Shown here: one piece after another, positions 1 to 7,595 of the stretch
How positions within the stretch are numbered: the stretch's first letter is position 1
Layout: each line of letters starts with the position of its first letter
Source: Candidatus Moraniibacteriota bacterium
Lineage (GTDB): Bacteria; Patescibacteriota; Minisyncoccia; Moranbacterales; GCA-2747515
NCBI GenBank assembly: GCA_027031495.1
Contig: JALVQA010000001.1
Location: 1-54,732, forward strand
Reading direction: 5' to 3'
DNA: 54,732 nt
Position numbers and translations under genes: made by a program
The notes under the pieces: model-generated
What the model saw: the letters and a program-made list of their open reading frames with translations, nothing else
Told to the model about the DNA's origin: nothing
Databases searched by the model: none

Positions 1-503
1 TGTGACAACCTTTTTGCACATCGTGTACACGTATACGTCTGCACATACCAGCCAAGCATCGCCAAAATATAAAAATAACACCCTTCCGTTACAGCACAAA
101 ATGCTGATGCTTGTTCTTTGCGCTCTACAAGAATATCAAGTGTGCGCATATACATTAATAGCGTCGTATAAAGATTGCGATGAATATCACCGTCACGTAA
201 AAGTCTCTCAATCACATCTATTACACCACGTGCATGTATGTATGCATTGTTTTGTGCACGCACGTGATAAAAACTTTCTTCACACAATGCAAATGTTATT
301 GTCCCGCGCCCACGATTTTTAGCGACAACAACATGACTGTGCATCAGTGGCTCCAAATGCGGTGCCAATTTCGCACCGCTCTTGCGTGCGCCAGAGCCTC
401 GTACGGTCAGTTTCCCCCGCTCACGCGTTAGCAACGTGTACAGACGATCACGCTCACCATGATCCCGATGAGATAGAATAATTGTATCAAGGTTGATATG
501 CAT
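1..503 (-). CDS. recO: DNA repair protein RecO (3' end runs off the window)
   Basis: Not in the ORF track because there is no stop in the window. Manual translation from ATG at 503 gives MHINLDTIILSHRDHGERDRLYTLLTRERGKLTVRGSGARKSGAKLAPHLEPL, the typical RecO N-terminal OB fold. Confidence 0.9.
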   Translation of the reverse strand, partial: MHINLDTIILSHRDHGERDRLYTLLTRERGKLTVRGSGARKSGAKLAPHLEPLMHSHVVVAKNRGRGTITFALCEESFYHVRAQNNAYIHARGVIDVIERLLRDGDIHRNLYTTLLMYMRTLDILVERKEQASAFCAVTEGCYFYILAMLGWYVQTYTCTRCAKRLS

Positions 504-572
504 ACTTTGCGCGAGTGGTATGCACACAGTATTTTATGCTACCATATGCATCTACACGTTCCACATACTTAT

Positions 573-1433
573 TCACATTTTTGAGCATCTCTCTCGTTTC
601 TTTTGCATTAAAACCTGTACGATTTCAAGGACACTCCTCATTAAGAGTTGCACATTTTGTCTGGACTCAAGATTTACCTCGCCATTGCGTGTTTCTACCG
701 TCATTATAATGTCTGCATAAGAATTTTCTGATTTGTTTTTGTTGGCATTATCCGTTTTGAGATCGATAAAAACGCGTATTGGCTCCGGGCATGTTTCATC
801 ACTAATCTCCACCCATGCATCAACGCCAAAATGAAAATCTAACGGCGTCATAACTGCTGAGTACATGTGAATTGTCGGATCTTTCAACCCCTGTCTAACA
901 AGCATTTCTTTCAGTGCACTATATATAAAACGCCCTAGGAGACACTCCTCTTTTTCTTTTCCATGTGCATCCTCTCTGTATACACCCCGTTGAAAGAGCT
1001 CATTGCCATAGTATGTTACAAGATCGTCAAAAACAGCATCTTTTGCATCAGTGTCACTAGGATTTCGTAACGTGAGAATGCGTTGACGCTTGCGGATGTA
1101 TGGTCTCCCAAAAAGCATGCGTTCCACCTTGTGTCCCACATCCTCTTCGCCGGTACGTCTTTGTACGATACGTGTTCCCTTTACTTCTTGTTCCGAGCCG
1201 TCAAAGCTTTCCACAACGTGACGCAAATAATCCAGATAAGATATTAAGCGCAATTCTTCATCGTATTTTTCCAACAGTTCTTGTTCTTGTTTTGCTAGCT
1301 TTATTACTTTTTCTCTTTGCCTTAATGCTTCCTCTAACTTTTTAATATGTTGAATGCGCCGTTTTTCTACTTCCTGACGCACACGTTGCTCATTAGCAAC
1401 ATGCTGTGCAAATCCTTCTTGTTGATTAGTCAT
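573..1433 (-). CDS. Hypothetical protein, N-terminal coiled coil plus possible PD-(D/E)xK-like C-terminal domain
   Basis: 286-aa ORF starting 4 nt after the ileS stop; E/K/Q/R-rich N-terminus; motif PLDFHFGVDAWVEI...VFIDLKT. Confidence 0.7.
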   Translation of the reverse strand: MTNQQEGFAQHVANEQRVRQEVEKRRIQHIKKLEEALRQREKVIKLAKQEQELLEKYDEELRLISYLDYLRHVVESFDGSEQEVKGTRIVQRRTGEEDVGHKVERMLFGRPYIRKRQRILTLRNPSDTDAKDAVFDDLVTYYGNELFQRGVYREDAHGKEKEECLLGRFIYSALKEMLVRQGLKDPTIHMYSAVMTPLDFHFGVDAWVEISDETCPEPIRVFIDLKTDNANKNKSENSYADIIMTVETRNGEVNLESRQNVQLLMRSVLEIVQVLMQKKRERCSKM

Positions 1434-1437
1434 AGTA

Positions 1438-4400
1438 TTATAGTGATGTTTTTACTTTTTGCAATGTTAATACAACACGTCCCGCATCCGTCTCCACTGT
1501 TTCCGTATAATCTGCGGTAGAAAGCGTACCGGTACGAACGTCAGTTGCGAGGACCTCGCGCGCGATAAGGTCACCGTGCGTGGCAAACACATCGTCCGCG
1601 CCATCATGCGCAAGCACAATGCGATCATCTACATTAAATCCTGCTTTTTTACGCGCTTGCTGAATGTGGCGAATCAGTTCCCGCGCCTGTCCTTCTCGCT
1701 TGAGCTCTGGTGTGATGTTCGTATCCAAGACAAGCTCGTCCTGAAGTGATACATCAACAATAACGTCCTTAACATTTACTTCTTCACGGATAATATCAAT
1801 AAACGCATCTGGTAGCATATCAGCGCGCACACTGAGGCGTGCAAGCGGCTGGCGCACTTTAATACCGGCACGGGCGCGTATTTCCAAGGCACGTGTAATG
1901 ATATCACGCACAGTTGCCATTTGCGCAAGAACGTCATGGTCAATCATCTGTTTATCTGCAGTTGGATAATCCTCCAGATGCACGCTCTCTTTCGCATCAG
2001 ACACACCTTGCATGAGATTGCGATAGATTTCATCCGCCACAAACGGCGTAAACGGCGCCATGAGCTTTGCAAGTTCCACCAATACGTAGTGCAGCGTGGT
2101 ATACGCCGCATTCTTGTCGGCGTCGTCCTCGCTCTTCCAGAAGCGCTTGCGCGAGCGCCGGATATACCAATTGGACAAATCATCCACAAACGGTGCAAAC
2201 GCGCGTGTCGCTTTATGCAACTCATACGCCTCCATATGCATCGTCACTGTACCGATCAATTCATGTAATCGCGCGACAATCCACTTGTCCAGCACGCTCA
2301 GATTGCCATCCTGAACGTGTTTCAGGATCCCGTCCCTATCGGAAGGCGTCCACCCGTCCACATTCGCATACATCACGAAAAAACTGTAACTCTGGCGCAG
2401 CATACGGAACAATCCGCGCGCAAGCTCCCCCAATTCCCGCTCGCTGAAATTGAGATTCTCCGCCGCGACCACCGGCGAGCTCATCAGGTACAGCCGTAGC
2501 GCGTCGGCACCATATTTCTCCATCACCCCTACCGGATCTGGGTAGTTTTTGAGTTTCTTTGCCATCTTCTTGCCGTCCTCTGCTAACACAATGCCGTTGA
2601 CAATGACATTTTTGAAGGCATGCGTCGGAGCGTTGTGCTGTGCACCTCCCACTTCCAGTGCACCGGCAAGCACATGCAAGTAGTAGAACCACGCGCGCGT
2701 CTGATCCACGCCCTCGGCGATGAAGTCTGCCGGGTAGCCGTTGATGAACGCACCGTCCTTGTGCGCCGCCTCAAACGGATAGTGCTCCTGCGCATACGGC
2801 ATAGACCCGCTGTCAAACCAGGTGTCCAATACATCCGGCACGCGCCGCATTGTGCCAGTACAGCCATCATGTGCGCACACAAACGTTATTTTATCTACAA
2901 TATGCTTGTGCAAGTCATCCACCTTTTGTCCGCTCGCCTCTTCCAACTCCGCCACTGCACCGAACACACGCTTCGCGCCACATGCGTCACACACCCAAAT
3001 CGGCATCACACTCGCCCAGAACCGCTGTCGCGAGATACTCCAGTCCCGCGCCCCTTCCAACCACTTGCCAAAGCGTCCATTTTTCATGTGTGATGGCGAC
3101 CAATTAATGTTCTTTGCCGTCTCCAACAGTGTGTCTTTAATCTTTGTGACCGCCACAAACCAGCTGCTTGTCGCATAGTTAATTAGTGGTGTGTCACAGC
3201 GCCAACAGTGCGGATAGCTGTGCGCGTACTTTTCTTTGTGAAACAGCAACCCTCTGTGCGCAAGGTCCTTGATCACTTCCACATCCGTCGCTTGCACGTT
3301 GTCTTTTGGCTTGACGTGCAAGCCGGCAAGTGGTGCACCGAGTACATCCTTGATAATGCCATCCATCCCGACATGCTGCACAAACGGCAAATTCTTTTCT
3401 TTGCCCAAGTGCATATCATCCTCACCGAACGCTGGCGCAATGTGCACAACGCCCGTCCCTTCGTCCGTTGTCACAAAGTCCGCCGTCACGACCTTCCAGC
3501 CGTTCTCTCTGTTCTCCAGCGCTTCATCCTTCGCATACGCATCGTACAGCGGCTGGTATGACAGTCCTTCCAGATCCGCGCCTTTGACGGTTGCAATAAT
3601 TTTATAGTCATCATCGCCAAATACCTTTTCTAAAAGATCCTTCGCCATAATAAAGCGTGCAGGCGAACCGGTTTCTTCATCTTTCTTTTCAATGATGCCG
3701 TATTCAATATCCTTCCCCACCGCCAACGCGACATTGCCCGGCAGCGTCCATGGCGTTGTGGTCCACGCGAGGATAAACGTGTTCTCACCCACTTCCTCAC
3801 CGGCGATGGTTTGCCCCGGCATAAGGCGAAACTTCGCTGTCACAGACAGGTCTTTGATCTCCTGGTACCCTTCGCTGACCTCACTCTGCGAGAGCGTCGT
3901 CTCACAGCGCGGGCAGATGTGCATACTGCGGTAATCCTCATAGATGAGTCCCTTATCGTACAAGCGCTTAAATACCCACCACACACTCTCCATATAGTCG
4001 CGGTCCATCGTGCGGTAGGGATTCTCCATATCCACCCAGCGCCCGAGGCGCGGAATAATCTTCTCCCACTCATGTGCGTACATCAACACTTTTGAGCGAC
4101 ACAACTCATTAAACTTTTCCACACCAATTTTCTCAATATCCTTCTTTGCCTGCGAACCCATCTCCTTCTCCACAATGTTCTCAATCGGCAAGCCGTGACA
4201 GTCCCACCCCCAGACGCGCTCCACACGCTTGCCGCGCATCGTCCAGTAGCGCGGCACTACATCCTTTAATGTCTGCCCGACAATGTGCCCGTAGTGCGGC
4301 AGGCCCGTTGCAAACGGCGGACCATCATAGAACGTGTACGCGTTGTCCGCCGACCGCGCATCTACGGACTTTTGGAAGATGTCGTTCTCTTCCCAGAATT

Positions 4401-4458
4401 TCTGGATGTCTTTCTCGCGCGCATCTACACGCTTTTTGGGGTCAATGGGTGTGAACAT
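1438..4458 (-). CDS. ileS: Isoleucine--tRNA ligase, type 2 (IleRS2)
   Basis: DGPPFATGLPHYGH (HIGH), WDCHGLP, WTTTPWTLP, GTGVVHIAPAFG, DWSISRQRFW, KMSKS variant KMAKK followed by LKNYPDP; no C-terminal zinc finger. Confidence 0.98.
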   Translation of the reverse strand: MFTPIDPKKRVDAREKDIQKFWEENDIFQKSVDARSADNAYTFYDGPPFATGLPHYGHIVGQTLKDVVPRYWTMRGKRVERVWGWDCHGLPIENIVEKEMGSQAKKDIEKIGVEKFNELCRSKVLMYAHEWEKIIPRLGRWVDMENPYRTMDRDYMESVWWVFKRLYDKGLIYEDYRSMHICPRCETTLSQSEVSEGYQEIKDLSVTAKFRLMPGQTIAGEEVGENTFILAWTTTPWTLPGNVALAVGKDIEYGIIEKKDEETGSPARFIMAKDLLEKVFGDDDYKIIATVKGADLEGLSYQPLYDAYAKDEALENRENGWKVVTADFVTTDEGTGVVHIAPAFGEDDMHLGKEKNLPFVQHVGMDGIIKDVLGAPLAGLHVKPKDNVQATDVEVIKDLAHRGLLFHKEKYAHSYPHCWRCDTPLINYATSSWFVAVTKIKDTLLETAKNINWSPSHMKNGRFGKWLEGARDWSISRQRFWASVMPIWVCDACGAKRVFGAVAELEEASGQKVDDLHKHIVDKITFVCAHDGCTGTMRRVPDVLDTWFDSGSMPYAQEHYPFEAAHKDGAFINGYPADFIAEGVDQTRAWFYYLHVLAGALEVGGAQHNAPTHAFKNVIVNGIVLAEDGKKMAKKLKNYPDPVGVMEKYGADALRLYLMSSPVVAAENLNFSERELGELARGLFRMLRQSYSFFVMYANVDGWTPSDRDGILKHVQDGNLSVLDKWIVARLHELIGTVTMHMEAYELHKATRAFAPFVDDLSNWYIRRSRKRFWKSEDDADKNAAYTTLHYVLVELAKLMAPFTPFVADEIYRNLMQGVSDAKESVHLEDYPTADKQMIDHDVLAQMATVRDIITRALEIRARAGIKVRQPLARLSVRADMLPDAFIDIIREEVNVKDVIVDVSLQDELVLDTNITPELKREGQARELIRHIQQARKKAGFNVDDRIVLAHDGADDVFATHGDLIAREVLATDVRTGTLSTADYTETVETDAGRVVLTLQKVKTSL
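2304..2331. repeat. REP-like palindromic element inside the ileS reading frame
   Basis: tgccATCCTGAAcgtgtTTCAGGATccc matches the units at 22018-22262; it encodes GILKHVQDG. Confidence 0.7.
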
Positions 4459-4512
4459 AGGTGATGTGATTAGGTGATTGGAAGATTAGAAGAGTGGAAG
4501 ATTTGAAGATTG
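4459..4512 (-). repeat. Degenerate 8-nt tandem repeat in the ileS 5' UTR
   Basis: Minus strand reads aatcttca aatcttcc actcttct aatcttcc aatcacct aatcacat cacct then ATG. Confidence 0.6.
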
Positions 4513-4730
4513 GGGAAAAAACAAAAATCCCCAGTCATAGTGACTGCGGACGACACATACTGCCGCGGTACCACCGCACTTTGGCGCGCCCTCTGTGCGC
4601 CACACTTCATTGTGCGCTGTCACGGGCGCACCCGGCGGGTTCTACTCTTGCGCACTGCAGATACAGCACACAATTTCTTCCCGCAGCTCCGTGGTGATCC
4701 CCTTGCAGACCGCAAGGCCACATCATCGCC
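4513..4730 (-). promoter_or_regulatory. T-box riboswitch (tRNA-Ile), short Stem I, with terminator
   Basis: Minus strand: GCGATGA/GGAGC GA-motif halves, Ile specifier ATC (4698-4696), AGTAGAACC, CCCGTGACAGC, T-box GGTGGTACCGCGG (4575-4563), then cagtca-cta-tgactg hairpin and U-tract; directly upstream of ileS. Confidence 0.93.
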
Positions 4731-4740
4731 ATGTGTCTAC

Positions 4741-4769
4741 ATACTACCGCATAATGACACTCTTTGCAA
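4741..4769 (-). promoter_or_regulatory. Putative sigma70 promoter of the ileS leader
   Basis: TTGCAA-N17-TAGTAT just upstream of T-box Stem I. Confidence 0.6.
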
Positions 4770-4771
4770 CA

Positions 4772-4801
4772 CAAAAACGCGCCAATGTGTACGGCGCGTT
4801 T
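4772..4801 (-). terminator. Intrinsic terminator after mscL
   Basis: aaacgcgcc-N9-ggcgcgttt inverted repeat with a T-run on the minus strand. Confidence 0.6.
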
Positions 4802-4826
4802 ATGAAACACTACGCTTTTTCAAAGT

Positions 4827-5129
4827 CTACGCATCCTTCTTCTTGTCCAGCTTGTCCAGTCCCAAGCCCTTGAAGACATAGTAGACAACTGCCGCAATGA
4901 TCAAGAAGTTGATCAATTGTGCGATGAACGCACCGTAACCAATCGTTGCGCTTCCGATGGTAAACGATGCATCGGCAAGTGAGTCCGCGCTGCCAAACAG
5001 CCCGATGATCGGATTGATAATGTTCTCAACTAGCGACTTAACCAACGCTGTGACCTCTGCGCCGAGAATGAAACCAATCGCTAGACCGACAACACCTTGT
5101 TCACGGATAAAATTCAAAAATCCTTGCAT
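4827..5129 (-). CDS. mscL: Large-conductance mechanosensitive channel
   Basis: FLNFIREQGVVGLAIGFILG...LVKSLVENIINPIIG...YGAFIAQLINFLIIA; start moved to ATG 5129 (MQGFLNF). Confidence 0.93.
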   Translation of the reverse strand: MQGFLNFIREQGVVGLAIGFILGAEVTALVKSLVENIINPIIGLFGSADSLADASFTIGSATIGYGAFIAQLINFLIIAAVVYYVFKGLGLDKLDKKKDA

Positions 5130-5205
5130 ATTTCCAGATATTAGATTAATATATCCTGCCACCAATTATATACAAAATAAATACTTTTGTAAAGATTTTG
5201 CACAT

Positions 5206-5241
5206 AAAAAAGAGGTATTGCAATTTATTCTGCAATACCTC
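5206..5241 (-). terminator. Intrinsic terminator after the PP2C-like gene
   Basis: gaggtattgca-N8-tgcaatacctc perfect 11-bp stem; the A-run at 5206-5211 gives a U-tract on the minus strand. Confidence 0.75.
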
Positions 5242-5256
5242 AAAATAACACTACTT

Positions 5257-6123
5257 TTAGTCGCCTGCAATTTTAATTGCTGCACCGCTTATATTTTCTT
5301 GCGGCGCAGCATCAAAAGTACTTATAAATTCTCTCCACCGAGATGATAGGAAATCACATCTTAAGTAGTCACCACAAGTTGTCAAAAAACGAACAACATT
5401 AACCCATGGTATTGGTGTATACCCTTTTTGAGCATCTGCTATTTGTCCGATACCGTCTGTAAGTAGCGTAATTGATGTAATATCATCCATTTCTTTTTGT
5501 GAAAAAGACAACATGATGCCATCGATACCATCCATAACCGTACACCTTTCAGTTTTACGGAGTATCACACTTCCCTTTGCATCAACAGTGTAATGCTCAA
5601 GCGTAACGCCTGGCATACCCTTACCACCATGCTCATCAATAAAATTACTTAATCTGCGTTGGTCTGCTCCGTTATACAATGGAAGAAACGGTATACCATT
5701 ATCCCAAAGGACTCTTGTGAATCGTTGCGCACCATCCGCATATTGTATAGCGACAATACCACTGCTCTGTAGACAGATATGCACACCTCTTTGTTTGTCT
5801 ACGATCGCCCATGTGTTTATAGCACACATCTCGACATCAGGTATGCCAAGCATATTACGCGCGGTGCACACAGAGTATTTCATAAACCTCTGCACGTGCG
5901 TAAAAAAAATATCACTACCGATACTGTTCTTGTAATTACGCAAACTATTGACCGTGGCAGAGGCAATAACATGCGCGCCGGAACCGGCACTTCCTGTGCC
6001 AACAATAACGTTGGAAATAGCAACAATACCAACATTTTCGTCATGCCATGAAAGTACGGCATCCTTATTGGACCCGTAATTAGCCACAATCTCACCTGTT
6101 ACAGAAAATGTATCTGTTATCAT
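5257..6123 (-). CDS. Degenerate PP2C/PPM-fold protein
   Basis: Motif order NKDA...IVAISNV...GAHVIA...LLTDGI...ENIS parallels PP2C (QD, SDG, GD, DG, DN); strong SD GAGGTG. Confidence 0.6.
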   Translation of the reverse strand: MITDTFSVTGEIVANYGSNKDAVLSWHDENVGIVAISNVIVGTGSAGSGAHVIASATVNSLRNYKNSIGSDIFFTHVQRFMKYSVCTARNMLGIPDVEMCAINTWAIVDKQRGVHICLQSSGIVAIQYADGAQRFTRVLWDNGIPFLPLYNGADQRRLSNFIDEHGGKGMPGVTLEHYTVDAKGSVILRKTERCTVMDGIDGIMLSFSQKEMDDITSITLLTDGIGQIADAQKGYTPIPWVNVVRFLTTCGDYLRCDFLSSRWREFISTFDAAPQENISGAAIKIAGD

Positions 6124-6166
6124 GCCTCACCTCTCTTGCTTAAAATAAAAGGCAGTTTACCAGTAA

Positions 6167-6502
6167 CTAAACAACAAGGTCAGCGATGTCAACAAATAGA
6201 GCTTTGTCTCCTTCCTTCCCAGGAAATCGCCGTATGCAATGTTTTATATCTTTTACACGAAACAATAAAACACCTAAGGGACCCTTAAAAGGGGTAAGTC
6301 TAGCAACTTCCCTTAAGCATTGTTTATGCGTGTACACATCCGGCACAAAGCGTGGATTGCCATAATAGCTGTATATATACACGACATCATCAGGATTAAA
6401 CCTCTTTGCGATAATGTGTCTTGATGGTGTCTTGTTGGTATCATCATATAGCACAAACTGCATGTCACCATTTTTTGTTGCATGTAATATGAATCGTGTC
6501 AT
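6167..6502 (-). CDS. Hypothetical protein
   Basis: 111-aa ORF with SD GAGGTG and an upstream promoter; no family recognised. Confidence 0.7.
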   Translation of the reverse strand: MTRFILHATKNGDMQFVLYDDTNKTPSRHIIAKRFNPDDVVYIYSYYGNPRFVPDVYTHKQCLREVARLTPFKGPLGVLLFRVKDIKHCIRRFPGKEGDKALFVDIADLVV

Positions 6503-6506
6503 TTTT

Positions 6507-6564
6507 CACCTCTTTGATTGTCAACGAACATTACTACAGTACATAAATTCTCTCATACCGTCAA
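6507..6564 (-). promoter_or_regulatory. Promoter, boxA-like motif and SD
   Basis: TTGACG(6564-6559)-N17-TACTGT; TGTTCGTTGACAA (6530-6518); GAGGTG (6512-6507). Confidence 0.55.
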
Positions 6565-6677
6565 ATAGACGATTTAAGACACATACTTCCGTTTCACATA
6601 AAAAGAAGTATTGAAAAAAGTATGTAAAGACTAGATAGGTTTTTGTGCTATTATAAAATTGTCATCATTGTAAAAAT

Positions 6678-7595
6678 ATGCATACTGAGTTCCTATCGTT
6701 TTTTGAAGAGAATAGTGATCCTAAAGCTGGTTTATCTTTTGTTGTGCGTATCAACAGCACACAGCCAAATAGTGGTCCTCATGTTTTGATTAGTTGTGGT
6801 GTGCATGGTAACGAATCTGTCGGTCCACAATTCGCTCAATGGTTTATTGATGCTGTACGGCGTGATACTCTCACACTAACACGTGGACGTGTTACATTTC
6901 TTCTGAGTAATCCGCGCGCTGTCGCGCGCAACACACGGTTCTGTGATACAGATATGAATCGTGTATTTCGTTTTCAGCCAAAGCACGAGCACACCTATGA
7001 GTATACGCGCGCGCAAGAAATTGACCATTTTATCGCACGCGAACAATTTGACTATGCCATTGATCTGCATTCGGTAAGTATCGGAGAATTCCAAATGATG
7101 ATCTGTGATAAAACTAACACGACATTGCGGGCACTATTGGAACGTACCACAACTGTACCTACTCTATTCTACTACGACAAAGAGCACATCCCTGGCACAC
7201 TGCATGAACGCATGAGCAACTATGGTTGTGAAGCGGTTATTATTGAATGTGGCAATCACACATCACCATATGCCAGCGTTACAGCACGCAAACAAGTTCT
7301 GATTATGCTTTCAGAGTGGGGATTAATTGATACAACACAGACACAGCGCGATGCAATCATTCCACACAACAGAATAACACGCGTCGAGACCATTGGCATC
7401 GTACGCGCCGGCGACAACCATCGTTGGCTTGTAGATAATCCAAAAACCGGTGTACGCCTATATAAAGGACAACCAATTTGTACTGACAGCACCAATGGCA
7501 CACAAATATCACCGCAGAACTGCATTCTCTATATGCCAATGCTTAATGTCACAAGCGCTGATAGTGATGCAGGCTTCCTGTGTGTGGAAGTATAG
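6678..7595 (+). CDS. Succinylglutamate desuccinylase/aspartoacylase family (M14-like Zn amidohydrolase)
   Basis: GVHGNE, DMNRVF, IDLHS and IIECG motifs are all intact. Confidence 0.9.
   Translation: MHTEFLSFFEENSDPKAGLSFVVRINSTQPNSGPHVLISCGVHGNESVGPQFAQWFIDAVRRDTLTLTRGRVTFLLSNPRAVARNTRFCDTDMNRVFRFQPKHEHTYEYTRAQEIDHFIAREQFDYAIDLHSVSIGEFQMMICDKTNTTLRALLERTTTVPTLFYYDKEHIPGTLHERMSNYGCEAVIIECGNHTSPYASVTARKQVLIMLSEWGLIDTTQTQRDAIIPHNRITRVETIGIVRAGDNHRWLVDNPKTGVRLYKGQPICTDSTNGTQISPQNCILYMPMLNVTSADSDAGFLCVEV

Noticed and set aside
2-431. Plus-strand ORFs 2-322 and 234-431
   Set aside because: Antisense shadows of recO, which the track missed because it has no stop in the window.
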